Assembly (NCBI GenBank): GCA_002840785.1
Contig: PHCH01000004.1
Span: 24,204-88,203 of the forward strand
From: Betaproteobacteria bacterium HGW-Betaproteobacteria-4
GTDB taxonomy: Bacteria > Pseudomonadota > Gammaproteobacteria > Burkholderiales > Rhodocyclaceae
Length of the DNA stretch: 64,000 bases
Direction of reading: 5' to 3'
A model generated the notes under the pieces. That model did not search any database. It was not told the DNA's origin and saw nothing but the letters and a program-made list of their open reading frames with translations. The translations under genes and the position numbers were made by a program. Each line of letters begins with the position of its first letter. Position 1 is the stretch's first letter. Below are positions 19,086 to 28,755 of the stretch, in pieces.

Positions 19086-21286
19086 GGCGTGACTTCTCCA
19101 TTGCTGAAGGGGATTTGCTTTGCCATCCCGAAACGGGGATTCGTTATCGAGTCTTGTACCTGTTTCGGGACGAGGCAGTGGTCTTCAATGTTGATGCGCC
19201 GGTTGCATACAAAAGCATTCCACCTAGCCAACGGAAAAAGAAAGGGGGCAAACCAGTTGAGGCGGTGGCGGCCAAACCAGCTACGAGATTTGCATTACCG
19301 GAGTTGATGCCAGTCGGAGAATTGATTCAATGGCCCAAGGCAAAGTGGGTTATCAAAATACGCCATCCCGAGAGCCTTACTGATGCAGAACAGCGTTTCC
19401 ACACACGCGCATCGGGCGTTGTCGAATTTCTCAACCAGAACGAGCCGGACATCTATTTTCCGAAGAAAAGAGCCGCTCTTTTCGCGCTTGCGATGGCCAA
19501 GTTTGAGGTCAGCCAACGGACTGTATGGATGTACCTCCGAATCTTTTGGCGGGAAGGCAAAGTTACATCGGCGCTTTATTCCAATCTTTCCAATTGTGGT
19601 GCGCTAGGGATTTTGCGTGACCCACGAGATAAAAAGAGGGGCCGGCCTTCGTCAATATTTTTACAAGAAAAAAACGGTCCCGGTATCAATGTCCAAGCAG
19701 GCGACCAGAAAAACATCAAGCGGGCGGTGGAGTGGTATCGGGCGAATCCGGAAAAGACCTTGGAAGATGCCTATTTATGGATGCTGGATGCCCACTACTA
19801 CAGCCAGTTTGTGAAGCCGGATGGGACGAAGGTTTGGGGGGCTAATCCTCAGGCAGTGATGAATTTCCCGCAGTTTGAATATCACAGCCAGCGTTATTTG
19901 AATCCCTTCGACAAGGAGCGTCGTGCGGCGGAAAAGAACAAAGGCGGAAAGAATCCGCGTGACCGCCATCATGGCGCCCTAGTTATCCTCCACGAAGTCG
20001 GCACGCTTGCGGAAGTCGATGCTCTCCACTGCAACATTTCCCTGGTCGCTGAAGCCGACCGCTCTTTGGTGTTGGGCGGGATGGTTGTCATCATCATCGT
20101 TGAGTGCAGTACAGGGATGGTGATGGGCTTCTCGGTCGGCTGGGATGGGGAGGCATATGAGTGCTTTGCCGATGCATTGGTGAAATGCGTTGAGGACAAG
20201 GTGGAATGGTGCGCGAAATTTGGCGTCCAAATTGAAGCTGATGATTGGCCGGCTGAGCACCTGACGCAGCATTTGCATGCTGACCGTGGCAGCGCCTTCA
20301 TGAGCCGCATGGCAGACCGCCTTGTCGAGGTAATGAAACCCAATCCGTTTGCCAACACGCCGCCGATGTCACCGGAAAGTAAAGGCATTGTCGAAAACAC
20401 GGTGAAACTGATTAAGCAGGTGTTTCGTCGAATGTACCCCGGAACATGGATAGCGAAAGTTGGCTCGCAAAAAAGGGGGGTTCTTAGCCCTCACAAGTAT
20501 TCGGGAATGACTCGAAATGAATTCATTCGAGCATTTATGGATGTCGTGCTCGAAGTCAATCAAAGGGTCAGGACGACTGCTACACAGCCACAATTGGTGG
20601 CACGTGGGGTGCCGACTACACCGGTCGCTTATTTCCTCGATGCCCTTCGAACTCACCGTCATCGTCTTCGTCGGGTGGCCCCCCTCGAACTCGAAGCGCA
20701 ACTGCTGACGCGAATGCCTGCAACAGTCTCCGATATGGGTATCTATCTTGGAGACGAGCTGTACTACCTGCCGGACGACGGGCGGCAGCAGGCCAGTGCC
20801 TGGTTCAAAAAAATGTCCCAGGACAAGGCCAAGGTCAGCCTCGCACTCAACAGGGAAACTATCGATGTTGCTTTTCTCTGTATGCCTGGCAAGGGGGGCG
20901 AGTTCATCTCGTGTTCCCTGAGTCCGCGTTCCAGCCAATTTCTCGGCATGTCACTACATGAGGTGCAGATGACAAGGAAACGCAAAAACGAACTCAATAA
21001 GGTTGAAACCCATAACAGCTTGCCCAAGCGCGTAGAGCGTGCTGCTTCCATGCTGCGTGACGGTAAGGAGGCGACGGCCAAGACTAATGCGGCTATCGGA
21101 AACATCCCGGCCGCCGAACGTGACACCGGCAACCGCCGCGAAAACCGTAGCCAAGAACGCGCGCTGGAACGCGAGAAGCTGGGGTCAGACCTGCGTCACC
21201 GACATGGCGGCACACCCCAACAGCCGAGCAAGCCGGTGGCAGATGACGCTGAAAACTATGACTACCCCGATATTGATGATGAATAG
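19082..21286 (+). CDS. tnsB: Tn7-like TnsB DDE transposase
   Basis: 734 aa; AEVDALH (D), LHADRGS (D), PESKGIVENTV (E); acidic C-terminal tail; GTGA overlap with tnsA. Confidence 0.9.
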   Translation: MRRDFSIAEGDLLCHPETGIRYRVLYLFRDEAVVFNVDAPVAYKSIPPSQRKKKGGKPVEAVAAKPATRFALPELMPVGELIQWPKAKWVIKIRHPESLTDAEQRFHTRASGVVEFLNQNEPDIYFPKKRAALFALAMAKFEVSQRTVWMYLRIFWREGKVTSALYSNLSNCGALGILRDPRDKKRGRPSSIFLQEKNGPGINVQAGDQKNIKRAVEWYRANPEKTLEDAYLWMLDAHYYSQFVKPDGTKVWGANPQAVMNFPQFEYHSQRYLNPFDKERRAAEKNKGGKNPRDRHHGALVILHEVGTLAEVDALHCNISLVAEADRSLVLGGMVVIIIVECSTGMVMGFSVGWDGEAYECFADALVKCVEDKVEWCAKFGVQIEADDWPAEHLTQHLHADRGSAFMSRMADRLVEVMKPNPFANTPPMSPESKGIVENTVKLIKQVFRRMYPGTWIAKVGSQKRGVLSPHKYSGMTRNEFIRAFMDVVLEVNQRVRTTATQPQLVARGVPTTPVAYFLDALRTHRHRLRRVAPLELEAQLLTRMPATVSDMGIYLGDELYYLPDDGRQQASAWFKKMSQDKAKVSLALNRETIDVAFLCMPGKGGEFISCSLSPRSSQFLGMSLHEVQMTRKRKNELNKVETHNSLPKRVERAASMLRDGKEATAKTNAAIGNIPAAERDTGNRRENRSQERALEREKLGSDLRHRHGGTPQQPSKPVADDAENYDYPDIDDE

Positions 21287-21304
21287 TTTAACTGGAAGGT
21301 ATCA

Positions 21305-22921
21305 ATGAGCAAGAAACGTACAGAGATTCGACAAACCTCACGCAATATCAGAGTGGTCGATGCGATTTACATTCAATGCAAGCTCGAGTGTTATCGGGGC
21401 AACCCTCTTATCGAGGCATTGCCACCCCCTGTGTCGAAAACGAAGTGGAAGGAGCGCCTTCAGCAACAGCCTGCAATGCTGCCTGCGGAACGCGCCTTAC
21501 CGCCCGAGTTACGACTGCACTGCGCCTTGAAAATGAAAAGGGCGTTTATTGTGCAAGCTCGTCACTTGGAGATATGCGAAAAGACGGACTTGTTACTGCG
21601 TTCCGCCTACGTTGGCGTCAGTTTGGGAGAGTCCGAGCGGCGTCGGCGGGCACAAGAGTGGTATGCCTGCGTACAGAGTGGTCAGGTACCGGATTTTGGA
21701 CTTGGCGAGCAAGCTAACGGTGAGTTTTTCTCCATCATTGGCAGTAGCGGCATGGGAAAAACCCAGTCTTTGCTGCATTTTCTGGAATGGATTCCAGAGG
21801 TGATTCGGCATACGGCCAGCCAGCATTTGCAAATTCCCGTCATCTATGTCCAGTGTCCGCACAACGGTAGTACCAAGGATTTTGCCCGCAGTATCTTGCG
21901 TGCCTTTGACCGTTTGCTTGGAACTTCCTTCGATAAGGAAAACGATAGGGCGACAGAAGAAACCCTGATTGCCATCGCGGCGGCGCTAATGGACCGGTAT
22001 TTTGTTGGACTGCTGGTAATCGACGAAATCCAGAACTTGTCGCATAAGAAAAGCGGTGGACGCGAGGAGTTCATGGATTTCTTTCTGCAACTTTTCAATG
22101 TCCTTCACCTGTCGATTATCGTCATCGGCACCATGAAGGCGGCTGGGGTTCTGCAGACTACCTTTCGCCAGGCCCGCCGGGCCTCTAGCATGGGGTCAGT
22201 TGTTTGGGAACGCAGCAAGCCAAATGACAAAGGCTGGACCAGGCTGCTGAACAACCTTTGGCAGTACCAGTGGCAGGGGGAGCCCACCGAGCTAACGGAT
22301 GAATTGGCTGATGTGCTCTACGACGAGACGCAGGGAATTACAGCGCTGCTCGTCCGCTTGCTGATTCTTGTTCAACATCGGGCCATTGCGCTTGGTATTG
22401 CGGAACTCACGCCTAAGCTTGTTCGCAAGGTTGCGTCTGACAATTTGGTCTTGTTGCGTCCGATGCTCGCAGCGCTGCGTTCCGGTAATCCGGCTCGAAT
22501 TGCCAAGTACGACGATTTTGTGATTCCTGAGCTAGATGAGTTCGCGGAGATTTCAGGGGCCTTCCCTCGTGAATCGTTTTCTGCAACGGAGAGTGCCGAA
22601 GGTGCCGAGGCCATCAAGGAAGATACGAGGCGGACCGTCCTCTCGATGCTTCTGAGTTTGGGATTGTCAGAACAGGTTGCCGAATTCCATTTAAAGGCCG
22701 TGCTTGATGTCACTCCTGAGGCCACCCCTTTGGAAGTCATGAATGAGGTCTTGGCACGCACTAAAGGGAAATCCGCCCGCAAATCCACCGAGTCTCGCAG
22801 CAAGAAAAAGAGTGAGGGGGCTGCAGAACTTCCCAATGGTTACGACGAACTGCGGGATGCAGGTTGGCTGCCACCTGAAGGTGGCCTGGGGGCGACGGAC
22901 GAACCGGGTGACGCCGACTGA
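21305..22921 (+). CDS. tnsC: Tn7-like TnsC AAA+ ATPase
   Basis: YRGNPLIEALPP, Walker A GSSGMGKT, Walker B LLVIDEIQNL, RQARRASSMG. Confidence 0.93.
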   Translation: MSKKRTEIRQTSRNIRVVDAIYIQCKLECYRGNPLIEALPPPVSKTKWKERLQQQPAMLPAERALPPELRLHCALKMKRAFIVQARHLEICEKTDLLLRSAYVGVSLGESERRRRAQEWYACVQSGQVPDFGLGEQANGEFFSIIGSSGMGKTQSLLHFLEWIPEVIRHTASQHLQIPVIYVQCPHNGSTKDFARSILRAFDRLLGTSFDKENDRATEETLIAIAAALMDRYFVGLLVIDEIQNLSHKKSGGREEFMDFFLQLFNVLHLSIIVIGTMKAAGVLQTTFRQARRASSMGSVVWERSKPNDKGWTRLLNNLWQYQWQGEPTELTDELADVLYDETQGITALLVRLLILVQHRAIALGIAELTPKLVRKVASDNLVLLRPMLAALRSGNPARIAKYDDFVIPELDEFAEISGAFPRESFSATESAEGAEAIKEDTRRTVLSMLLSLGLSEQVAEFHLKAVLDVTPEATPLEVMNEVLARTKGKSARKSTESRSKKKSEGAAELPNGYDELRDAGWLPPEGGLGATDEPGDAD

Positions 22922-22922
22922 A

Positions 22923-24746
22923 ATGCCGTGGGGAATAACGGATACACCGCGTCCATACCGGGATGAACTGCATTTCGGTTATTTCGGACGTCTGCAGACC
23001 TATTGGCTTACACCAACAGTCAATGATTTGGCCCGGCATTTACGCGGTGGAACAAAGGGGCATGCCTCAAGCGATTTGCTGGGGCTTTGCGATGACCTCG
23101 TACATTCTCTGGCCGAGGCGGGAATTGATGTGGCCCAACTAATGTGGATGCACACCCTGTTGCCGTACTACCTCTCGTTCCAGTCAAGCGAAGTGCGGAC
23201 CAAGGTGGTGGCGGACCTCGAAATGGGTAATTTGACGGGGCTGCACTTTCGTATGGGTATTGGTTCAAGCAGCGTTAAACATCCGCAGGTTTTTCGATAT
23301 TGCCCAGCATGTTGGCGTGCTGACCTACTCCAGCTAGGGGAGGTGTATATCCGGCGCCTTTTTCAGCTACCCGGTGTCTTCGTGTGTCCGGAACATGATG
23401 AATTGCTGCGCGATACCGTAGTCCCCTATCGACCGTTGGCCAGTCGTGCCTATTGGAATTTCACCCCCCCAGATGCCACGAAAAACTGTCCCTTTGTGCC
23501 GGCTTCAACTGACGAGGTGAGTTTGGCGCGGTTGTTGGCCCTGGATTCTCGACGCTTGTTGCTCCAGGGGATTTCGGAACATCCGCGTGTTTCGTATCTG
23601 GCTGCGGATTACCAGCGGGCGCTACAACACTTGGGCTTGGCTTCGAGGAATGTCCATCCTGGCGAACTCGAGTCCATGTTTCTCAAACAATATCCCATGC
23701 CATTTCTTCAAAAACTGGGGCTGCCCATCGAGCCGGGGCGTGAAGGTAACTGGTTACGCTGTTTCGTACGGAAGACAAATAGGCGTTTTCATCCGCTCCA
23801 GCACATTTTGTTTCGTCGCTTTGTGGAGAGACATCTTGGTATTGATTGCTGGACATGGATGGAGGCCGAGCGTTGGCCCTGCTTGTCGCCAATGCAGTCG
23901 CACCCCGGGCCAGTAGCCGTGACTATGATGAATCTGCACTTCAACGCTGCGCGCGATGCATGGGACGGCATCTTTGCCTGTGCCTGTGGTTTTCGCTACA
24001 GCGCGGGCGGCGATGGCTTTCCGTCGGTATCCAGCCTGCGCTTGAACCGGGTGATTGCCCATTCACCACATCTACATCAACGAGTGGCGGAGTTGGCAAA
24101 GGCGGGGTGCTCGGCCGGTGCGATAGCCAGTCAATTGCAATTGCACCGGAAAACTGTCCAGCAATGGCTGAGTGCGGATGATAGGCAAAAGGCACCGAGA
24201 ACCCGCCTAGACCTGACGTCCGAGCGGGAGGCCTGGCTGGGCCTGGTCAAGCTGAATCCGCAAAGTACGTTGAAGCAGTTGAGAACATTGGCCCCGGCAT
24301 TGTTTTCTCGTTTGTATGCGCATGACGCGTTATGGCTGAAGTCCGTCCCATTACAACGGTATCTGCATCGAACGAAAATTCGTCAAGACTATTGGCAAAG
24401 CCGTGACGAGCTACTGGCCAAACAAGTGAGAACCCTGGACGAAGAGATTCGCCGACGCATGCCAGCCGTTCGCGTCACCATCAGTCGAATCGGACGTGAG
24501 TTGGGGGTGCTCAATAATTTTCGGAAAAGGCTCGCGCGGCTACCGGCGGTGGCCGAAGTGCTTGCCTCGTCTATTGAAACTGTCGAGGCATTCCAGCTCC
24601 GGCGTCTCCAGCGGGCGCTTGAGCAATCCCCTGCTGGGGTTAGCCGACGAACCTTGATGCAGGCGGCCGGATTGCGTCGTCAGAAAACGCGCCCCGCTGT
24701 CATGGAGACCATCGACAGGCTGTTCTCCGGTGGAGACCAATCATGA
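22923..24746 (+). CDS. tnsD: TnsD/TniQ target selector (start revised to ATG 22923, 607 aa)
   Basis: PYRDEL; HTLLPYY; TniQ Zn finger FRYCPACW...LPGVFVCPEH; HPLQHIL; WPCLSP...FACACGFRY; long C-terminal region typical of sequence-specific TnsD. Confidence 0.88.
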   Translation: MPWGITDTPRPYRDELHFGYFGRLQTYWLTPTVNDLARHLRGGTKGHASSDLLGLCDDLVHSLAEAGIDVAQLMWMHTLLPYYLSFQSSEVRTKVVADLEMGNLTGLHFRMGIGSSSVKHPQVFRYCPACWRADLLQLGEVYIRRLFQLPGVFVCPEHDELLRDTVVPYRPLASRAYWNFTPPDATKNCPFVPASTDEVSLARLLALDSRRLLLQGISEHPRVSYLAADYQRALQHLGLASRNVHPGELESMFLKQYPMPFLQKLGLPIEPGREGNWLRCFVRKTNRRFHPLQHILFRRFVERHLGIDCWTWMEAERWPCLSPMQSHPGPVAVTMMNLHFNAARDAWDGIFACACGFRYSAGGDGFPSVSSLRLNRVIAHSPHLHQRVAELAKAGCSAGAIASQLQLHRKTVQQWLSADDRQKAPRTRLDLTSEREAWLGLVKLNPQSTLKQLRTLAPALFSRLYAHDALWLKSVPLQRYLHRTKIRQDYWQSRDELLAKQVRTLDEEIRRRMPAVRVTISRIGRELGVLNNFRKRLARLPAVAEVLASSIETVEAFQLRRLQRALEQSPAGVSRRTLMQAAGLRRQKTRPAVMETIDRLFSGGDQS

Positions 24747-25507
24747 AAGCTCCAGGTATCGCATGGTTCGACGGGGTGTTTCAGGATGAGCTCGGGCGCT
24801 GGGTCTTGGATGCGGTGGCGAAGGAAAATGGAAGGCTGGAGCATCGGCGAGTACCCTTTCAGGAGTCTGCTGGAATGGATATGACCAGCCTAGACCAGTG
24901 GTCGCAGATGCGAACGGAAACGTTCTTTGAGGAAGCCAGCATCTTCCTTGGCCACGGACAGCGGCTTATGGATGCACGTCCGCTTATTCGCAAACTCTGG
25001 CCGGGTTTGCCTGTCAGCGATAGGCACGCGGTTTTCCGGTTCGATGTCGACGAACGAGTGTATCTGCTGCCGGCGCTGTTTCTTATCGGACGCCTGTTTC
25101 TGTCGGTACGTTCAGTTGCCAAGTACCTTCTGCAACCAGGGATGTTCGAGTCCTTTATCGACCCGGCGCCCGTTGTGGGGGATGGGGAGGTGCATATAAG
25201 GCTTCCTCCCCATATTTCGGCAAATCAATGTTCCGAGGGGCTGGCGCGTGTCATGGCGTGGCTTGCTGTCGACCGAAGCGCAGAGCGAGCGTGGCGGAGC
25301 GTCTGGTTTAAGGCGATGTCTGGCCGTTTAGATTTGGATTTGCCGGAGGTAACACTCCATGGTCGACTCGGCGGGGTAGAGGTAGATGGAGTGCGCTTGG
25401 TCACTTGGTCACGCGAGACGACCGCAAATACTTGTTTGCCGAGCATCCTGAGGGTTACCAGCAGGCGCGGCACCCAAAAGATATTTAAACGTGGCGGCAG
25501 TATTTAG
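24743..25507 (+). CDS. Fifth tns-operon gene, possibly a short TnsE-like protein
   Basis: 254 aa; ATGA overlap with tnsD; YLLPALFLIGRLF loosely resembles a TnsE N-terminal segment; about half the length of TnsE. Confidence 0.45.
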   Translation: MKAPGIAWFDGVFQDELGRWVLDAVAKENGRLEHRRVPFQESAGMDMTSLDQWSQMRTETFFEEASIFLGHGQRLMDARPLIRKLWPGLPVSDRHAVFRFDVDERVYLLPALFLIGRLFLSVRSVAKYLLQPGMFESFIDPAPVVGDGEVHIRLPPHISANQCSEGLARVMAWLAVDRSAERAWRSVWFKAMSGRLDLDLPEVTLHGRLGGVEVDGVRLVTWSRETTANTCLPSILRVTSRRGTQKIFKRGGSI

Positions 25508-25595
25508 AGACGCCTCCCGAGTGATTGCCTTGTCTTCAAACAGCCATGTTGCCGAGCAAGAAGGCTCGGCAACAGCGTTCAAACCAGGAGGAATG

Positions 25596-25955
25596 ATGAG
25601 CGACGAGTCCACTTTGCCAACAACCGTACCCGATGATTTCCCACGTGGTGGCCCGATTGCATCAATTGCCGGAGCACAGCCAAAACTGGCAGCGAGACTT
25701 ATCGATGGAAAATATGTCGTGGGTTGGACGCCCGCAGAGTTACTGGAACGATATGAAAATTGCGAGGACTTGGCTACGCAACTAGCTGCTTACTGCACCC
25801 GGAAAGCTCTTGCGAATCCAGGGTGGTCCCAAGAGTTCAATCTCCTGCGAGCTGCTCGAGGGATGTCCGAGAAAGTAATGAATGACCTATGGGATGTTAC
25901 TGAGGCTGAGCAAGCCTGGGTGATGGAGCGCGTCAAACTAATACTGGGGTGGTAA
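25596..25955 (+). CDS. Hypothetical protein with a HipA-like SIAGAQPKL motif (119 aa)
   Basis: GGAGG SD at 25587-25591; PDDFPR...SIAGAQPKL...RYENCEDLATQL. Confidence 0.7.
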   Translation: MSDESTLPTTVPDDFPRGGPIASIAGAQPKLAARLIDGKYVVGWTPAELLERYENCEDLATQLAAYCTRKALANPGWSQEFNLLRAARGMSEKVMNDLWDVTEAEQAWVMERVKLILGW

Positions 25956-26314
25956 AACATTGCATTCCACCCGGTACTTGGATTAATGAGATTCGGCAGC
26001 AGACGACCCAAAGCTGCCGTAGCGGTTTCCAGATAGCGGTCAGTCAGCCAAACCTAGGCATTTCAAACCGGACTGCCACAAAGCAGCCAGTGGTGACCTC
26101 GCCCTACCGGCCATGAACTGACATTTAGGATGTCTCCGGAAAACAGTCGTTGGTAGATTTCCTCTACCCGTATTATTCAGATTTATCTGAGCCCCAAAAA
26201 TGGAGTCTCCTTGCCGCGCAATTGATTCCGCGTGCATAATCGCCAAAACTATATTCCTTCCTACCTGGACCCGGCGACGGTTCCGCTCAAAACCTATTAG
26301 TTGACACGACTACA

Positions 26315-27037
26315 ATGCCCTTTTCGCAAGAAGTAAAAGACCTCGTCGCGTATCGAGCTGCTTACGTTTGCTCAAATCCAGACTGTCTTCGGCTCACCGC
26401 CGGGCCTTCTCTAGCCAGTTTGCGTTTGAAAGTAAAGATAGGCGAAGCTGCACATATCGTGGGAGAAAAGCTGCTGTCCGCGCGCCATCAACCTCTTGGA
26501 GATGCAGCACTAAACGACATTGCAAATGCCTTGTGGCTTTGTGCCAGTTGCCACACTGAAATTGACAAAAACAGCGGCATAGACTTTCCGACACCCCTCT
26601 TAAAGCAATGGAAAGCGGACATCGAGGCGCGAATCTCCTCAATCCTGAAAACGCACCAGAGCCCACTTCCACTTTACGAGCGCAGCAGCTCAAATTCAAC
26701 AATTGCACAAAATGTTGCGGACATAATCGGAAATCATGGGGCATTCTTCCAGCAGCTTGCATATGAAAACCCAAGTGCGGTACTTGACTCTGTAAAGATA
26801 GTGAGAATGAAGCTTGACCGCCAACACCGACAGGTAAGTGGTGACACACGCCTTAGGTCAATTGTTAAAGCGCTTCATGATGCCTGCCGCGAATACATGA
26901 ATGAGAACTCCGTTGATTGCTCATTTTGGCAAAATTACTTGACCGTGCTGAGAGCCAGAGCAGGAGTGCAATTGAACTCGCTAAAGCGAGAGTATGGAAT
27001 CCAAGTCCCATCAAGCATAAGCCCGATGTTGCCGTAG
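26315..27037 (+). CDS. HNH endonuclease fused to a helical C-terminal domain
   Basis: CSNPDC...GEAAHI...NALWLCASCHTEID Zn-HNH signature; C-terminus resembles DUF6650-type helical domains (recalled, unverified). Confidence 0.8.
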   Translation: MPFSQEVKDLVAYRAAYVCSNPDCLRLTAGPSLASLRLKVKIGEAAHIVGEKLLSARHQPLGDAALNDIANALWLCASCHTEIDKNSGIDFPTPLLKQWKADIEARISSILKTHQSPLPLYERSSSNSTIAQNVADIIGNHGAFFQQLAYENPSAVLDSVKIVRMKLDRQHRQVSGDTRLRSIVKALHDACREYMNENSVDCSFWQNYLTVLRARAGVQLNSLKREYGIQVPSSISPMLP

Positions 27038-27187
27038 CACTTGCAACACTCTTGACGGCGGCTTGGCTCGTCGGTGTCGCCGTTACAGTGAAGTAATCCA
27101 CCGCTCCTGAAATGTTCCAGCGTGTCAGTGGAACGCGCCATCAAATCTAGAGGGGCAACATTTGATGAACAAAGTGTTTTGTATGCT

Positions 27188-27215
27188 CAGCCCCTAAGCC
27201 AGGGCTTAGGGGCTG
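27188..27215. terminator. Perfect 13-bp inverted repeat between convergent genes
   Basis: CAGCCCCTAAGCC-AG-GGCTTAGGGGCTG; no U-tract, so the terminator role is uncertain. Confidence 0.45.
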
Positions 27216-27298
27216 GCACTCCTAAAGAAATCGCTACTCGAGTACAGACGCTCTTTGTTCTTACTCGGCGACATCTATTAGAGGATTAAGCACAGGGC

Positions 27299-27760
27299 TT
27301 ACTCCTCTTCTCCCTCGTCTTCAGGTTGGTCGCCTGCAGCGTCAAAGACTTCGATAATGTCATCGTCAGTCATTTGCAAAATCGTTGCCTCGGGGTGGTC
27401 AATATCTTCAAGATAGCTCCTAAACCCGTTACCAATTGGTCCGCTGGGTAAATCTTGCCAATCAAGGTTAAGGCGTTTAGTTGCAATTTGAATCCACGAA
27501 GCAGCTTTGTCGGCGCGAAGCATTGCGTACTGGTCAGCACTTATGCGCATGAGTATCCAGCCCAACTGTGCAAGCTCCTCAGCAAGGTCGCCAAGAAACG
27601 GTTCAGTCAGATATGAGCGCCTTCCAGCCCTCCTCAAGGTAACGCTTGAGAAACGAAAGCGGGAAATTTCCCGTGCCGGAACATTTTCCTCAGCCATAAG
27701 CTGAGACATGATGATGAGTAGCCGAGCGGTTGCAGCGGCACTTCTAAGCTTGGAAGCCAT
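27299..27760 (-). CDS. Hypothetical protein with acidic tail (153 aa)
   Basis: GAGG SD, strong upstream promoter, ends EDEGEEE. Confidence 0.75.
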   Translation of the reverse strand: MASKLRSAAATARLLIIMSQLMAEENVPAREISRFRFSSVTLRRAGRRSYLTEPFLGDLAEELAQLGWILMRISADQYAMLRADKAASWIQIATKRLNLDWQDLPSGPIGNGFRSYLEDIDHPEATILQMTDDDIIEVFDAAGDQPEDEGEEE

Positions 27761-27844
27761 GATGTCGTCCTCATTGGAATCGGTTGTACTTCAAATAGCC
27801 TGATGCCGACTTCCAGGTAATGACGGCATTGAACAGGCAAATAG

Positions 27845-27873
27845 ACTATAGCTTTGTTTTACCAATAACTCAA
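27845..27873 (-). promoter_or_regulatory. Sigma70 promoter for the 153-aa gene
   Basis: TTGAGT (27873-27868), 17 bp, TATAGT (27850-27845), with an AT-rich upstream tract. Confidence 0.65.
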
Positions 27874-28272
27874 TAAATTGTGTAGTTGATAGTATTTTTT
27901 TGTAGTTAGTATTGTATTTTTGAAGTTTGCGGTGTTCCTTGGTGCAGAAGCCAGTGGCATCTTGTCCCCTTTTTCGTGGTGAACATGTACCCATGTGTAG
28001 CCGTTCCAGATGCGTGAGTGCCGACCAATCAGACGGCCCAACCCAAAAAGGTCATCAAGCAGATGCATTACCGTTTGCTATCCGATTCAAAGCTGAGGCC
28101 AAAATGGCCGGTTGGGGAATGAAAGGATGACTGAAATTGGCTGGGTCAAGGCAGTGAGGACGTCAAATTGCTAGCCGAATACCGGACGCTCAGGCACATC
28201 AGCTGAAGCCACAACTATCAAACTGAATGACCACCTCGACCGGCGGCTCATGGCCGATAGGCGACTGAGCGA

Positions 28273-28409
28273 GCTGTCTCGCAAACGCTCGGTTTCGAGA
28301 CAGCCACAGCACACCACCAAGCGCACCATCCCGAGGGGCTTTTTGTGCCTCAAAACTTTGTCTCATTTGATTTGTCTCAGGCGCGATGCTTTTAATGAGT
28401 TTTGAGACA
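28273..28409. repeat. TGTCTCR operator-like array
   Basis: GCTGTCTCG..CGAGACAGC inverted repeat (28273-28304), TGTCTCA 28359-28365 and 28373-28379, TGAGACA 28403-28409. Confidence 0.7.
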
Positions 28410-28422
28410 GAAGGAGATTGCA

Positions 28423-28602
28423 ATGACCCCTCAAGAGAAAGTTATTGAAGACATCGCCAAACGTCATCTGCTGGTCGATACACTGGAAACAAGGAACAAC
28501 GATAGCCAGGATTTCTATGAGGTCGCTGTCTGGTGCATCAAGGCAGCTCTTGACGAAGCTTTTGAGGCTGGTAAGAACGCTTCTGCCATTGACGCGACCT
28601 AG
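28423..28602 (+). CDS. DUF6900-family small protein (59 aa)
   Basis: AAGGAG SD; TLETRNNDSQDFYEVAVWCIKAALDEAFEAG. Confidence 0.8.
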   Translation: MTPQEKVIEDIAKRHLLVDTLETRNNDSQDFYEVAVWCIKAALDEAFEAGKNASAIDAT

Positions 28603-28755
28603 GAGTACGACAGTGCTTCCCGGCTACCTAATACCGAACTCGTATAAAAGAACGGAGAGGCTGCTCAAGGCAACTCGCGCCAATGGCTGCGTCGTTGGCC
28701 AGGCAGCCCCTCCGCTTCAAAACTCCGAATTGTTAAAGAGCCGTTCTGAGCAATC

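Noticed and set aside
22743-22922. Upstream extensions in the ORF track (tnsD, jetB, lspA, fkpB, GATase, argD, ATP-grasp)
   Set aside because: They overlap neighbouring genes; downstream ATGs give coupled starts or proper SDs
27791-28423. Short ORFs in the AT-rich and repeat region
   Set aside because: No SD or motifs; they overlap promoter and operator elements
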